Shown: positions 25,414-39,691, counted from the first letter of the stretch. The stretch: DNA of 64,000 nt from Octopus sinensis (GCF_006345805.1 NC_043004.1:1674001-1738000), one strand, 5' to 3'. The notes: generated by a model not told the origin, from the sequence alone. Numbers and translations: made by a program.

Positions 25414-26040
25414 AAGGCGGTGAGCTGGCAGAAACGTTAGCACGTCGTGCGAAATGCTCAGCGGTATTTTGACTGCCGCTACGTTCTGAGTTCAAATTCC
25501 GCCGAGGTCCACTTTGCTTTTCATCCTTTCTGGGTCGACTAAATAAGTACCAGTTACGCACTGGGGTCAATATAATTGACTTAATCCGTTTGTCTGTCCT
25601 TGTTTGTGCTCTCTGTGTTTAGCCCCTTGTGGGTAGTAAAGAAATAGGTATTTCGTCTGCCATTACGTTCTGTGTTCAAATTCCGCCGAGGTCGACTTTG
25701 CCTTCCATCGTTTCGGGATCGATAAATTAAGTACCAGTTACGCACTGGTGTCGATGTAATCGACTTAATCCCTCTGTCTGTCCTTGTTTGTCCCCTCTAT
25801 GTTTAGCTCCTTGTGGGCAATAAAGAAATAAGAAACGTTAGCACACCGGGCGAAAAGCTTGGTGGTATTTCGTCTGTCTTTATGTTCTGAGTTGAAATTC
25901 CGCCGAGGTCGACTTCGCCTTTAATCCTTTGGGGTCGATAAATTAAGTACCAGTTGCGTACAGGGGACGATCTAATCGACTGCCCCTCCCCCGCCGCCAA
26001 AAAAAAATTTCGGGCCTCGTACCTAGAGCAGAAAAGGATA
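25414..26040 (+). mobile_element. Three tandem S2 SINE units
   Basis: Three repeats of gtatttcgtctg..gaggtcgactttgcc..gtaccagtt. Confidence 0.9.
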
Positions 26041-26754
26041 ATGATTTTAAGTTTTGACAGAAGAGCTACAGTTTTTGAGGGGAGGCGACTAGTCTGTTAC
26101 AGTGACCCCAGTATTCAACTGGTACTTATTTTATCGACCTGGAAAGAATGAAAGCAAAACTATTTCCCACTAAACGTAGAAACTAATTTCATAACTTCTT
26201 CACATTAATTTTGTTTTTATTTGACTGTTACTGAATATAACTGCTTTTGTTTTTTTCTCTTTCTCGACGCATTTTTCAATTAATTTTGACTTATTTGCTG
26301 TATGTAGTTCAGCTTCTCACTGCCGACCTGATAATGTTGAATCATAACTACTTGGATTGATAAGAGACCCCAAGTATGCTGCTTAATAATACATTTAGCA
26401 CAAATACAGCAATAAGAATAATCCGTTTTCCAATATGAAATATATCGGCAGACAACAAGTCTCAATGTATACGCTATACTAATGTATATATATTTGTAAA
26501 CAAATAATCAAATAGAAAGCATATCTGCATATGACTAGTGTCATTTACTATGAGATATTATCAAGTATTTATTACCAAGTATTTATCAACTATTTATTAG
26601 TAACCAACCGTTATATATCGTCTGCGCTCATGCGCGTATACGCTCACACTCACACACACAAACGCGTATATACTCACATAAATATATGTCTGAATATGTC
26701 TGTATGTCTGTATCTTTCTCTCTCTCTCTCTGTATATATATATATATATATATA

Positions 26755-27628
26755 TGTTGAGCTGGTACCCAAAAGTAACCGAAAACGTTCTCTGTAGAAC
26801 AAGCCCGATATAGTTCAGGCTTCTGCCGCTAGAGATCACTTGATGCAACCCTCAGGCATCAGTATACCAACCGTCGTCATCGATGAAAGTCGTACTGTCA
26901 CGTGGTGCGTTTTTGTTTTCCAAAGCTTCTTGCCCGTTCGTCGATTTTTGCGATGGCTGAAAAGAAGGGGCAGCGTGCTTCCGTGAAATTCTGAGGATAA
27001 CGGCAACCGAAACAATTGCCATGCTTCAGACAGCTTACAAAGCTGATGCCATGAGTAAAGAACCAGTTTACCAGTGGTTTTCGTGTTTTAGGAATAGCCA
27101 CTTATTGTTTGACGACCAGCTTTGTTCAAGGCGTCCGTCGATCTCCCGAACGAATGAAAACATTATGATATTTCATGAACTGGTTTTGGAGGGACCGTCA
27201 CCGGAAATTTGACTTATTCATATGACTGGTATATGCTGGAGCTGCTGTCAACGAATTTTGAGCAAGGAATTGCGAATAACAAGAATTGCAGCAAAAATTT
27301 GTGCCTCGCTTGCTCGCGAAAGATCAAAAGCGGGCACGGCTGAATGTATGTCGTGAACTGAAAAACCAGCTGGAAGTTCATCACTGGCGACGAAAGCTGG
27401 GGCTACGGAATTTGCAGATGTGAAAGAGGTGAAGTAAAATATGACGGAGGCTTTAAAAGGCATCACTTTGCAAGTGTTCTAGGAATGCTTCGAACAATGG
27501 AAAACGCGTCTGGAACAATGCATTGCTTCAACAGAATATTTTGAAGGCGATTAAAGTGTAACCATGAAAAAATAAGTGAATAAAATAATATTGCAAATTC
27601 CGGCTTTTGGGGCGGATAACCCCTCGTA
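26755..27628 (+). mobile_element. Internally deleted mariner-like DNA transposon
   Basis: MLQTAYKADAMSKEPVYQWFSCFRN..DDQLCSRRPSIS (HTH) and a C-terminal remnant FEQWKTRLEQCI..YFEGD; degenerate TIRs ending cctcgta. Confidence 0.78.
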
Positions 27629-28280
27629 TATATGTACCCTATCTTTTACTCGTTTCCGTCATTAATCTGCAGTCATGCTGGAATACCATCTTCAGGATTT
27701 TTTAGTCGAATGAATCAATCTCATTTTTTTTTTCTTTTTAGAGAATGAAGTGCATTACACCCCAGATAATGCGTGATTTATTGAAATCCTCTTCACTTTG
27801 AGAGATAATGAAATATTGTGTGACGCCAAACGCGATAGAAGCTGAACTGAGAATGAGGAATCATCTCAAGAATGAATAATTTTCAAGAATTGATAATTGA
27901 TAAATGATAATCGTGTTTATTTTATGAAAGCAATCTGTAGAAACGTGTTCCTGCTTTAATAAACTGCGTCAGCCCAACAATTTTCTTACCTTAAATACTA
28001 GACAGAATGTATATAACGTTTGGTAAATTCCAAAATCACAACAAAGTAAAGTGAAATAATTGAGTGTCAATGAATTTGGACAAACAATTCGAAGAAAGTC
28101 ATATCAAATAAGAAAAAAACCCAGTATTTCATTCATTGAAATTATCTTTGATTCGAGAGGACGTGAACAAACACCCAGTGGAAATGCGGCCGATTACCAA
28201 AGAAGAGAATGAAAATTTTAACGTTCAGGAATTACAAGTTACATTACTGCACGAAAAATAAAGATCTCTATATACATACA

Positions 28281-28313
<33 letters not shown>

Positions 28314-28314
28314 T

Positions 28315-28548
28315 CTTTTATTCTTTTACTTTTTTCAATCATTTGTCTGCCTTCAGTTGAAAAAATCTACCCCAGGACTTATTCTTCGTTTGCCTAGTAC
28401 ATATTCTGTTGGTCACTTTTGCGGATACGCCAAGTTACGGGAATGTAAACACACCAACATTCGTTGTCAAGCGATGGAGAGGGGGACAAACACACGCACA
28501 AATATATACATATGTATACATACATATATATATATATTTGTATATATA

Positions 28549-28594
<46 letters not shown>

Positions 28595-28683
28595 GCATAT
28601 ATATATATCTGTACAGATAAATTCCTTTATTTACATAATATCGAGGTGACTTTCATTCTTTTGTTGTCTTACCAGTACTATTA

Positions 28684-28728
<45 letters not shown>

Positions 28729-28882
28729 GGGCTTCTTTCAGTTTCCGTCTACCACATCCACTCACAAGGCTTTGGTCGACCCGAGGTTATAGTAGAAGAC
28801 ACTTGCCCAAAGTGCCACACTGTGGGACTGAACTTGGAAACTTGTGGTTGGGAAGCAAGCTTCTTACCACACAGCCACGCCA
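28315..28882 (-). mobile_element. SINE S1 with a nested fragment in its internal (TA)n
   Basis: Head at about 28880, tail at about 28320; 28612-28680 is homologous to 17793-17862. Confidence 0.85.
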
Positions 28883-28904
28883 ACGTCTATAACCACGCCT
28901 ATCT

Positions 28905-30435
28905 TTTACTAGTTTCAGTCAGAGGCTGATGCCACTCTTGAGCACAGCGTTTCAGTGCGTTTGAGTTTCTTTTCTCTACAGTTTTTAGTGAAGTAGCGAG
29001 TTGGATGCAGTTGCTCTTCTTTGTGTCTTCTACCACGATATGGGTTCATCTGTTATTTTAGAAGACCTCCATAGCTACACCTCGCAAACCTCCGAGGTTC
29101 ACTTGCAGAACGTTGTACAGTTGTGAACTCTTGACACCGAAGCTGTTACAGTAATAGGTCCTTATTCTAGATGGAGAAGGAGGGAAGCCCGATACTATGC
29201 AGTGCCTTCCATTTCCTTTTCGGTAGTTGCTATAGTTCTCAGTTTTAAAGTTGGGAGCTAGATCTTCCAGGACCTTCCATATGTACATCCCTGCACATCT
29301 TTTTCACCTTCTCATTGAGTAGACCTTCAGTCTCTTTAGCTCCTCCCGGTAGCGCATCTGTTTCACCGAACTAATCTTCTTTGTGTAGTGGTGCTTGATT
29401 TCCTCAAGTTCCGCTACCAATTACAAACTCTGCGCTGACTATTGTTGGGAGGGGTAATCCAGTCAACTGAGAGCGAAAATTCTCCATAAGAGTAGCATGG
29501 TATCCTTTTGCCTGGTTTTTGAACGATCTTAGATTCCATTATGCTACCCGCTATCACATTGTTGCCATCTTGGTAAAATGAACATGGAGCGTTATACTCT
29601 TACTTAAGTGGATTGCTTGATCGCCTGTGATTACTTTTGTATAATCAGCATAGCTGGTGAGAGTGGCTGACTGGATGAGGATATGTCTGAGGGAACCACC
29701 ACAAGCAGTAGTGGTCCCAATACAGTTCCTTGAGGGATTTCGCTTCGAATTGATATTTCCCCAGAAAGAATACCATTGGCTGACCTCTGTTTTTTAGATA
29801 CTCATACAACCACTCTCCCAGTTTTCCAGCCATACAAATGTCACGTAAATTGTGACGTATCATCCCGTAACTTTGGAAAAACAGAAATACTTGAGAAATG
29901 GGTGCTGCACGAATTGAACGACAACCAGAAAAAAACGCCGTTTGACGTGTCGTCTTCCCTTCTTTTATGCAACAAGAACGGCCCTTTTCTCGACCGGTTT
30001 GTGACTTGCGATGAAAAGTGGATTCTTTACGAAACTGGTGACGCTCAGCTCAGTTGTTGGACGCCGACGAAGATCCACGGCACTTCCCGAAGCTAAAGTT
30101 GCACTAAAAGAAGGTCATGGTGGCTGTTTGGTGGTCTGCGGCCGGTCTCAACCATCACAGCTTACATTCTGTAACTTTGAAAGGCTTTGGCAAAGTTGAG
30201 ATACGTCACATCCACATTTGAGTGATTGAGTAGCTGTTTCAGTAGCCACTCGTAATTCTGGAGTAGCTGTGTGAGGCAGCTCCCCACGAGCCATGCCGCG
30301 TGCTTATGAGCAAGCTACATCCTTCTAGGTAGGAGATCAGCCTCCTTCGGACAATGTGCTCCATGGCCTTGCTAACATGTGAAGTCAGAGAGATAGGCCT
30401 GACATTGTTAGCATCTGCTCTGCCTCCTTATGGAC
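28905..30435 (-). mobile_element. CR1/L2-group LINE ORF2 remnant (RT to 3' end), interrupted
   Basis: SCLTQLL, DVTYLNFAKAF, GMIRHNLRD..GKLGEWLYEYLKNR, PQGTVLGPLL, YADYT, YIWKVLEDLAPNF, YYCNSFG. Confidence 0.85.
29876..30170 (+). mobile_element. Mariner transposase internal fragment without TIRs
   Basis: KWVLHELN, FLDRFVTCDEKWILY; homologous to about 35415-35697 (- strand); flanked by gtaactttg direct repeats. Confidence 0.88.
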
Positions 30436-32217
30436 AAGGCAGATGATACTTCTTTTAAGGCATATATGTATACATACATACATACACATATATATATATA
30501 TATATGCGCGCGCGCGTGTATAAATACATAGGTATATTATATATATATATATATATATATAAAATCAAAATGAGGGTGAAAAATTGGATATTAATTTGAT
30601 AACATCAATTTTTACACCAGTGGTCTAGCATATAAAAAAACTGAGATTCAGTAAATAGTATTTCATACATACTATTTTATGTATGTAATATTATTTATTT
30701 ATATTTTTGTATGTAATATATATATATATATGTATGTATATTAATGCATATGTTTACTTTTATATATATGTACGTAGACACACACACACATATGTATGCA
30801 TCTGTGCAATATGACTGAATGGTTGAGAAGTTCGCTTCGCAATCTCTTTCTGTATATAACTATGCATATTTGTGTTTGATGTATTTTATATGTACATACG
30901 TGTAGAGATACATAAACGCACATGTGTATATCTAGAATCTATATATATCTGAACATACGTATATGCACATGTGCATGTTGCGAACACGCATGCGCGTTTG
31001 TGTGTATTAATTGCAACGCAGTTTCTATAGTATGGCTTTGCCTGAAGGTGGAATATAGCGTAACTCCAATGTCATGCTCTAATGCTTTTCGCATGATGAG
31101 AATCAGAATTATTGGATGCCAGTAAAGTAATAGTGTTTTCCCAGGTGCCATAGTGACAGCAAATTAACCGTTTGTCATCGTGCACATCTTGCTGTAGATC
31201 TCCATCATATTTTCCACTGGTCAAGAGAAAATTTTCATTCAATTGTTTCCTAAAACGTTGCTGTTTTGCCGCCCTCAACAACCACTTCTCTCTGTTTCTT
31301 TATCTACGTGTGTGTGGTGTAGCTGGGATGAGTTGATGATAAGTGGAATAAGGTCTATCGCCAAAAGCGACGTGTGATGGAAAGAGGGAGAAAATTGGAG
31401 AGAGAGAGAGAGAGAGAATGGGTTTGAAAGATAAGCGAGAAGAGCTGGAGTGACTTTGTTTTTCACCTGACTTCACTCTGTGTAGCAGTGACCGTCAGTA
31501 AATAACTGAAAAACACAAGGACAGCCATTTTCTTGTAAACTAATATAATAGTCAAAACGGTAATACAATGCTATTGATTTGGCCGGAGTGACGTCCCCTT
31601 GTGGCCACGTTATCATCACACAGCAATGCTCCTCATAGTTGTACATGCGGCAGATTCAAATTATTCAACTTGTAACCACTGATAGATAATGACGTCGCCT
31701 CTTCTCACGTTTGTCTTCTTTCAGCATCCCAAAGGGCGTGCCAGTTATTAGTTAAAACATAGCGCGTATGATGCCTCCAAGCCAATCTACTCTGTACCAA
31801 TAAGAAAACCAGCTGTCCAAATCGATAATAAGGACTAGCTATTGACTAAATTATATTTACAACTTACTGGGTTGCTCTTTATTTTGGGACTGTTATTATA
31901 TACACGAGGTGTTGATTGAGATGGCTGTTGCCTCTCCTCACTGCTTCTCTCCCTGCCTGCTTCAAGCATGCTCGCTGACACGTCTGTTCTTCTTTCTGCA
32001 CACATTATTCGGAGAACTACAAAAACAATTGATACTTCTAGAAAATGTTCATAAACACAAATGCTCCTGCTGCTTATTAGCTCGTACACCATCAGTCATA
32101 AGTATACGTACATATCGACATAAATACATATATGCATAAGCACACGTACACGTGCAACCACACACACACACACAGCATATAGATAATTCTATCTCTCTCC
32201 CTCTCTGTGTACCTGTG

Positions 32218-32392
32218 GGGAGGAGGCGCGTAGCTTGGTGGTTAGGTTGTTGCACTCATGATCACAAGATGGACCGGGTGATGTGTTCAGTTCTGGAGCA
32301 AAACACTTCGTTTCACTTTGCTCCAGTCCACTCAGCTGGCAAAAATGTGATGGACCAGCGACCTATCCAGTGGGAGAATAAACGAGTCACAA
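32218..32392 (+). mobile_element. tRNA-derived SINE fragment
   Basis: ggcgcgtagcttggtggttagg head; gagcaaaacactt..tgctccagtccactcagctgg body. Confidence 0.65.
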
Positions 32393-33232
32393 AATACGAG
32401 GTGGCGGACTATGAAGCAGGGGCGCGGAAGGACCTTTGATCGTTTATTCTTTCTTCTTTGATATATGAATGAATACACACAAATGCTGATGATTTCCTCA
32501 TCTTGTCAGGTGATGGCCGTTTCCCATTCAGTTTTACATGTACACGGATAAGACTTTTTGAACCTGCACAGGTCGCAAAACATCTATCAACGCAAGACTT
32601 TAAAACGGAACAATAAATGATAATGAGACATATGTCGCAAATTTGGGGGAATTTTGAGCATTTAGCAAGCGAAGAATGCGATGCAGACTCAATGTGGAAT
32701 ATAAGATTTTACTTGCGAACGTACAACGATAATTATGAACTAACATTGGACCATTGTCACAGCTGAAAGTACGTGTATGCGCATACAAGTATATAACATA
32801 TACTTAATAACTGATTTACATGATTCTAAGTAACTTAACGTCAATCAAACAAATCAATCTGGTTTTTAGAAAAAGCAGAAAATGCAGTATGGAAGCGTAT
32901 CCGATTTTCAAGGCCGAGTGCTAAATGCACGGAATGTGTTTCGGCATTATTATACCTCAACAACTTTTGGTTTGAGTAAAGAAGAGCAATGTGCCACTGG
33001 GTCCCACAAATTGAATACACAACTTATGATGATCAAGCGTGATCTGTTATTAGTGTCATGCTGCTGAAAAATACAATGGCCGAACAAACTTGTACAGTAC
33101 GCCGTGCGTTTTCAGGCAATCATCCAAAATCAAAATTCATCACTGCTCTTTGAGAAAAGAATCGAGAGGGAACAAGAGAGAACGGGAGGGAAAACGTGAA
33201 ACAAAAAGTGAATGGAGAAAAAGAAAAAAGAC

Positions 33233-33281
<49 letters not shown>

Positions 33282-34297
33282 TGTAGTAAGTGAAGCCATA
33301 AATGTTATCTGTTGTGGAGATCGTGTAAAGAAAGAGCCACAACATGAGACAAGAATTTGGTAGAGAGCTTCCAGTTACCTAAAGAGAAAATAGCATCGAT
33401 CCAATATCCCTGTTTGATGTTCAGGCTGAGGTATGTTATGCGATGTTAGCTAGAAGTATGGCAAGATCCCTAGTACTGTATAAATTATTACACACAGCAG
33501 TTTAACAAACCGCTGCTTCGAGATTCCAAGTAATCTTGAGCAACTCGAAATGATTCGGAGCTCTATCCAATGTATTAAGAAGAGAAGTGATATCTTTTGG
33601 TTGTCTGTCTTGCGTTGATTATTGAATATGCACCAACTTTCCATGGGTTGGTGAACAAGGTATATATTTTTGTGGCTTAGGATGCCGAGTGGGGGTGAAT
33701 TTTGATGTGGGGCTTTTAATTAAACTTCCAGGGCTTTACTTGGCAAACATTAGTCAACAGGATGGGGGTACAACATTTCTTCGCTTCCCATCTAAATGGC
33801 TATAGAGATGAAGGTTGAGAAATTTAAATAGTTATTTATTGGGAATGAAGATTGGAGATCTAACGTTGCTGTAAGTGTGCGCCTGTCGTAATTTCGTCAA
33901 GACTTCGAATTATGAGTGAATAGGACCTAATGAGGGAATAGGGGCTCATGAGGGAATAGGGCAAATTTCCAAATACTTTTGATACATACATATTTACATA
34001 CATACATACATGTACACATACGTATATATACATGTATATACAGATGAATTCCATGCGAACACCTCAAGTCAGCTAATATTTGTTTAGCATTAAAAATAGA
34101 TACATTATAGTCAAATGGAAAGCAAAATGTGAGAAAATAATTTCAAACACAATGCGAAGGATTTGTATAAATATATACATACATACAAACATACATATAG
34201 ATGTGTGTGTGTATGTCCATGTGTCTGTAAGTGCGCGCGCACACACACACACACACATATATATGGCTATTTATACACATATATATATATAAATATG

Positions 34298-34333
<36 letters not shown>

Positions 34334-34707
34334 AGAGAGAACGGGAGGGGGGAGAGAGATAAAGTAAGAGGATTTGTTATTTAAATCATCATATATTCGC
34401 AAATCAACCGAGACACATTAAAATATATCTATAGTTTATATTTTATATTATTATGTGTCTCGGTTGTATATTTGTGAATATATCATGCTTTATGCAACAA
34501 ATTTTATGTTATATCGTTCAATGTATGTATGTATGTGTGTATGTATGTATATTGACACTTATATTCCACCGTTTTCGTCAACATAGACGACGTATATATG
34601 AAAATAATTGAATGTACAACTTGTATAAATGTATTTGTACACACACATACACACACACACACATAAACTCATACACACATACACCTGCAGATATGCATAT
34701 ATTCACA

Positions 34708-34931
34708 TATATTTCATTTAATGTACCCAGTATAAAGTTATGAGCTACTAAGTTTCAAGCATTGAAGATGTATTCTATGCCGTTTTTATTCCAAACCCTG
34801 TGTCTCAACGGAAACTTCAGGCTCAATGCTCGGAGGCACAAGGCGTGTTATAAAAACTTGCCCAGGACACATCTCCAATGCATGAAACTAGTAGTAACTC
34901 ATAACTTTATACTGTGCACATTAAATGATAT
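34708..34931. mobile_element. MITE-like element with about 60 bp imperfect TIRs
   Basis: catttaatgtacccagtataaagttatgagctacta..tttca..gcattg versus caatgc..tgaaactagtagtaactcataactttatactgtgcacattaaatg. Confidence 0.7.
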
Positions 34932-34933
34932 CT

Positions 34934-35820
34934 ATTAGGTTGTCAAGAAAGTTCTTGCGGTTTTAATTTCAGATGCCCATATCTCGGCTCAAACAAAACT
35001 TTATTAATCGAACTAAACACCATCAGAATCAACACACTTACCAACGAGAAACAAGTTTATTTACGACAGCAGCGTATAAATCCTGCGTTCTGGTGGTCAT
35101 GAAGTTGAAGTCGTGTTTGGCATCGTCTTGGTTTTTGAAGCATTTCCCACGCAGGAAGTTGTCGAGATGCTTGAAAAGGTGGTAGTCTGTAGGCGAGAGC
35201 TCTGGTGAGTATGGCGAATGAGGCACAGTTTCATAGCCCAATTCATTCAAATTCTGCAGGATCAGTTGTGCGACGTGCTGCTGAGCATTGTCATGGAGAA
35301 GAATTGGTCCTTTTCTATTGACTAATGCTGGCTGTTATTGTCGGAGTTTCTTATGCATTTCATCCATTTGCTGACAGTATTTCTCCGCCGTAATGGTTTC
35401 GCCTGGATCCAAAGGCTGTGATAGATGAGACCGGCCACAAACCAGCAAACAGTCACCATGACCTTCTTTTGGTGCAGCTTTGGCTTCGGGAAGTGTTGTG
35501 GAGCTTCTTCGGAGTCCAACCACTGACCTGAGCATCGCCGGTTTCGTAAAGAATCCACTTTTCATCGCAAGTCACAATCCGGTCGAGAAACGGGCCGTTC
35601 TTGTTGCGTAAAAGAAAGGAAGACGACACTTCAAAAAGGCTTTTTTTTGTCGTTCAATTCGTGCGGCACCCATTTCACAAGTATGTTTGTTTTTCCAGTT
35701 TCTTTCAAGTGGTTGGAAATTGTCGTACACGTTACATCTAATTCAGAAGCAAGCTCTCGAACAGTTGTGCGTGGATTGGCTTCCACTAAGGCTCTAGTCT
35801 CAGGGTAATTGCCTTTCATC
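34934..35820 (-). mobile_element. Decayed mariner (DD34D) transposon, 3' two-thirds
   Basis: KWVPHEL, RIVTCDEKWIL, LHDNAQQHV, HSPYSPELSPTDYHLF; TIR-like tattaggttgtcaagaaagttcttgcggtttt. Confidence 0.93.
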
Positions 35821-36999
35821 AGTCTGGAGTAACTTGGTCTTGCTATATGTCGCTGCTAAGCCGCTGTTGAAAAAATTTCAAGTGAAATACATTCACTGAT
35901 CTACAAAAGTAAAAATTTTAAATGTCTAAATCTCTCAGAGAGAGTTTTGCAGTAACAGCGTGATAAAGCGATGGCTTGTTGCCAACTTAATGCAGCAGTT
36001 CCAGGGAAAGGAAGAATGTTACTGTTATTTAGCCCCAAGAAAGGCTGTTTCTCAATAACAGTAAGATTCTTCCCTTTCATGGGACTGGTCACATTAAGTT
36101 GGCAACTAGCTATCACTGTATTATATAATATTTTAAAGAAAATAAAGTAAAACTCGAATGCAGAACAGTTGTGAAAATAGCTTAGAAGACCGTATAAATA
36201 CCCTTAAAAGAGGGAAAAAGTGGCCAGCAAGCACAAAGAATCGAACCCTGTATCTCTCAAGTTCTATCTGAGTATTCCATACCATTATGCTAAGTGATCC
36301 CCTGACAGCAATTACTGTCTTTTATAACGCTAAATAATAGCTTTTGAAATGCTGGAACATTTTTATGAACAAACTTCGAAGCGCCGAGTGAGTTGGTGTT
36401 TTACAGAAAATAAAACGAATCCATTAATGCTTGTCTTTATGTTGAGCTACAAAACAAGCAATTTGACATTAAACTAAATAATTACTCAATACTTTTTGCA
36501 GATTGCATATTTATTAATCTTTAACAAGCATAATAAACATACACAAACATTTATGTATACATGCATGAACACAGGAAAAGACTCACACACACACGCGTAC
36601 GTGTGCACACATAGAGGTAATGAGAGGTGATTTAGATATATATATATATATTACTTATGTATACTTTTATCTTGTAGACAAAGTTTATGCTTGGTTCCAG
36701 GATTTCTAAATTCTTCACGATACGCTTAGTTTAGTGACCAAATAATCTACTACCACGATTCTTACCATGATCATATAACCGCAGTTATGCTTTAGTGGGT
36801 GTAGATTTGTTTGACTGCTTCCTTGGTGTATACAATGTTTCTGGCAAATAACTCAGGTGTAAATATAAAACCACGTGGCTGCCCACTTTTACGGCTTTTA
36901 GGGCTGTATTCAAATGAAATCGCTCCCGCTAACCTATAATTAAGAGTTCAAACGCTTCAGCTTATTATTCAATAAAACAGCATTTTGTCTGATGCTAAA

Positions 37000-37375
37000 C
37001 ATGTTAGCATCATCGAGTGTAGATGGTTAATTCGCAACCACATGTTCCCATGTTCCCATTTTGATTAATAACCTGTTAGCGAAGTGTAAGAGACAAAGTT
37101 TGAATAAATCTAGAGTAAGGATACAGTTCTGTAACAGGTTAGGTTTCAGAGGACCGCAGAGAAGAGAGAAGTGGAGAAGTGTAGATATGGATGCTTCTAT
37201 TGAAAGTTTAGGCAAATTTTGGCATGAGGTACTGAGGTAGCAGATGGACGAACACTGCGGCAGGAAACACAAAGGAGAATAGCTCTGTCTAACTCGCGCT
37301 CCATCAAAAAGAGTTCCATAGATCGTAGCAGGTGAGTGTGAATTAAAAGCTTATAGCACTAAATGTGGTGCCCCT
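37000..37375 (+). mobile_element. Old CR1/L2-group 3' fragment
   Basis: SRVRIQFCNRLGFRGPQ, similar to the 10742-11062 copy; ends gtggtgcccc. Confidence 0.55.
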
Positions 37376-37456
37376 GTTTTCTCAATAAGTTTAAGTCGAT
37401 AATAAAAGACGCACTTAAATAAAGTACATCGTGCAATATGAAAATTTTGAATACAG

Positions 37457-37850
37457 TGCACCAGTCGTGGCACATCGTCTGTTGCGACGACGAGGGTTCC
37501 AGTTGATCCGATCAACGGAACAGCCTACTCGTGAAGTTAACGTGCATGTGGCTGAGCACTCCACAGTCACACGTGTACCCTCAATGTAGTTCTCATGGAG
37601 ATTCAGCCTGACACAGAGTGTTACAAGGTTGACCCTTTGAAATACAGGTACAACAGAGACAGGAAGAAAGATTGAGAGGAAGTTGTGGCGAAAGAGTACA
37701 GCATGGTTCGCCACCACACCCTACCAGAGCCTCCTGGAGCTATAGGTGTCTTCGCTCAATAAACACTCCCTACGCTCGGTCTGGGAATCGAAACCGCGAT
37801 CCTACGACCGCGAGTCCGCTGCCCTAACCACTGGGCCGTTGCGTCTCCAC
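37457..37850 (-). mobile_element. tRNA-derived SINE (family S4), near full length
   Basis: Minus-strand head ggcccagtggttagggcagcggactcgcgg..ggtttcgattccc with A and B boxes; CpG-rich body. Confidence 0.82.
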
Positions 37851-38704
37851 TGGCTACACTCTAATGACAAAAAAGACGATATGAAATTTATATGATTGGC
37901 TCTGAGGTATCTGAAATTCATTTAAAGTACCTGAATCTAACAATAATGTTTTTCTTGCCGTTACTGTGGGGCATGAGACGCAATAATAACACAATTGGAA
38001 GTTTTATTTATAACTGAAATTTAGCTGTTGTACTCTGGAGGTGTGGCAAGTCAATGGAAATGGTAGATGCAGGAATACTTGCGTGGCATGAAGACCGAAC
38101 TTATCACTAAAGAACTCAAGACACACTACATTCTCTCCTGTACAGCACAGTGACTCCAAGAAACATAACCGTTGCATCAAGAAAAATCATTATTCACATT
38201 AAAAAGAAATGAATAAAAATATAACTAAATCGATATTTCCAGGCGATTATTTAAGTCGGCACGTAATCAAGCGTATAAGTTTTAAAAATAATAAAATAAA
38301 ATAATATATATAAATGCGAACTAAAATATTACAAGACTTGGTTTCCCAAGGTAGTCTAGTTATATACAACCTACTCTCAAAGGTGTTGATTGCACGAAAG
38401 TGTTGATTGCACGAAAGTTTTTCCATCTAATAAATATATACATCATATGTTTCTTTTTAATCTTATGTCACTTTAAATCAATGTAATATATGTAGTTAGC
38501 TATTAAAAAGAATAAATACCTTATATCACGAAAATCTTTTAAAATAATTTATATTTCATTCAAACTTATAGAACATATATGTAGACCATCTATGTATCGG
38601 TCTTTTCAAATCTTAGTCATGCACACACACATACACACATACATACATGCATTCATACAAACACACACATATATGATTGTGTATGAATACTATGTGTAAG
38701 ACGA

Positions 38705-38900
38705 CAAGCTGAGAGTATCGTTACTGCGCCGGACAAATTTCTTAGCGGCATTTCGTTTTGTGTTCAAATTTCACTGAGGTCGAATTTGTCTTTCATCCTT
38801 TCGGGGTCGATAACATAAAATACCAGTTGAGTATTGTACTGGGGTCGATGTAATCGACTTACCCTGCTCTCTCGGATTTGCTAACCTTGTGTAAAAATCC
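38705..38900 (+). mobile_element. S2 SINE, diverged
   Basis: tctttcatcctttcggggtcgataa..taccagtt..ctggggtcgatgtaatcgac. Confidence 0.78.
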
Positions 38901-38919
38901 GACATCAATATTATATATC

Positions 38920-38995
<76 letters not shown>

Positions 38996-39667
38996 ACTAA
39001 CTATCGTCAATATTGTCATGCCTCCTTCCTTTAAACGAGAGGAAGAGCTATTTTCATCATCCTTGTGGCTATGGCGAAAGAATGTATCTGGTGGACGCGT
39101 CTGAAAGGATTGGAAACAAACACTTTCCTCTCTGGTCAATCGCTCATCAACTTCTTCAAGTATCACTGGAAAAGGAAAGTGAGAGTAGAGAGGCAAGTTT
39201 TGTATAGCGAATGTTTTAAAAAAAAATGGGTGAATGTAGCAAAGATGGCACGTATGAATGACGAAGCCACCTTGAGCATAATCCTATGAACCCGGAAATT
39301 GAAAACAGAGGGTTACCCACTTGCAAACAAATGTGGTAACATGTAACAATATTGACCGAGGTTACCTTAGTCTTTTCCGTAGGCTTTTTTTCCCACGAAT
39401 AAACCTTATCTGCTTCCCCCTTTACACTGTACATCATGACACTGTGATACACGATCCCTATTGATCGTTTTCCCCCCTTTTTTCCTTTTTTTTTTCTTTT
39501 TTCTTTTCTTTTGTTTCTTTTCCTTTTTTCCCTTTTTTTCTTCTTTCCATTTTACGATCTCTTTTGATCGAAAACCTACCCCACTTTTTTCTTCTCCCAA
39601 AAAAGAAAAACTCTACTTCGTAATCTGTCCTGTCTGTGTGCAGCTCTGTGTGGCTAATAAAGAAACA
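38996..39667 (+). mobile_element. Tx1/L1-like LINE 3' end within (TATC)n
   Basis: FIILVAMAKECIWWTRLK..FFKYHWKRKVRVER..FKKKW, resembling the Tx1 ORF2 C-terminus; T-rich UTR; AATAAA at 39656; (TATC)n on both sides. Confidence 0.7.
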
Positions 39668-39691
39668 TATCTATCTATCTATCTATCTATC

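Noticed and set aside
25414-26040. Regularly repeated units suggesting a CRISPR-like array
   Set aside because: They are about 200-bp tandem SINE units in eukaryotic DNA, with no unique spacers or cas genes.
34382-34492. About 45-bp-arm hairpin resembling a pre-miRNA
   Set aside because: AT-rich imperfect foldback in a region full of MITE-like inverted repeats; no independent support.
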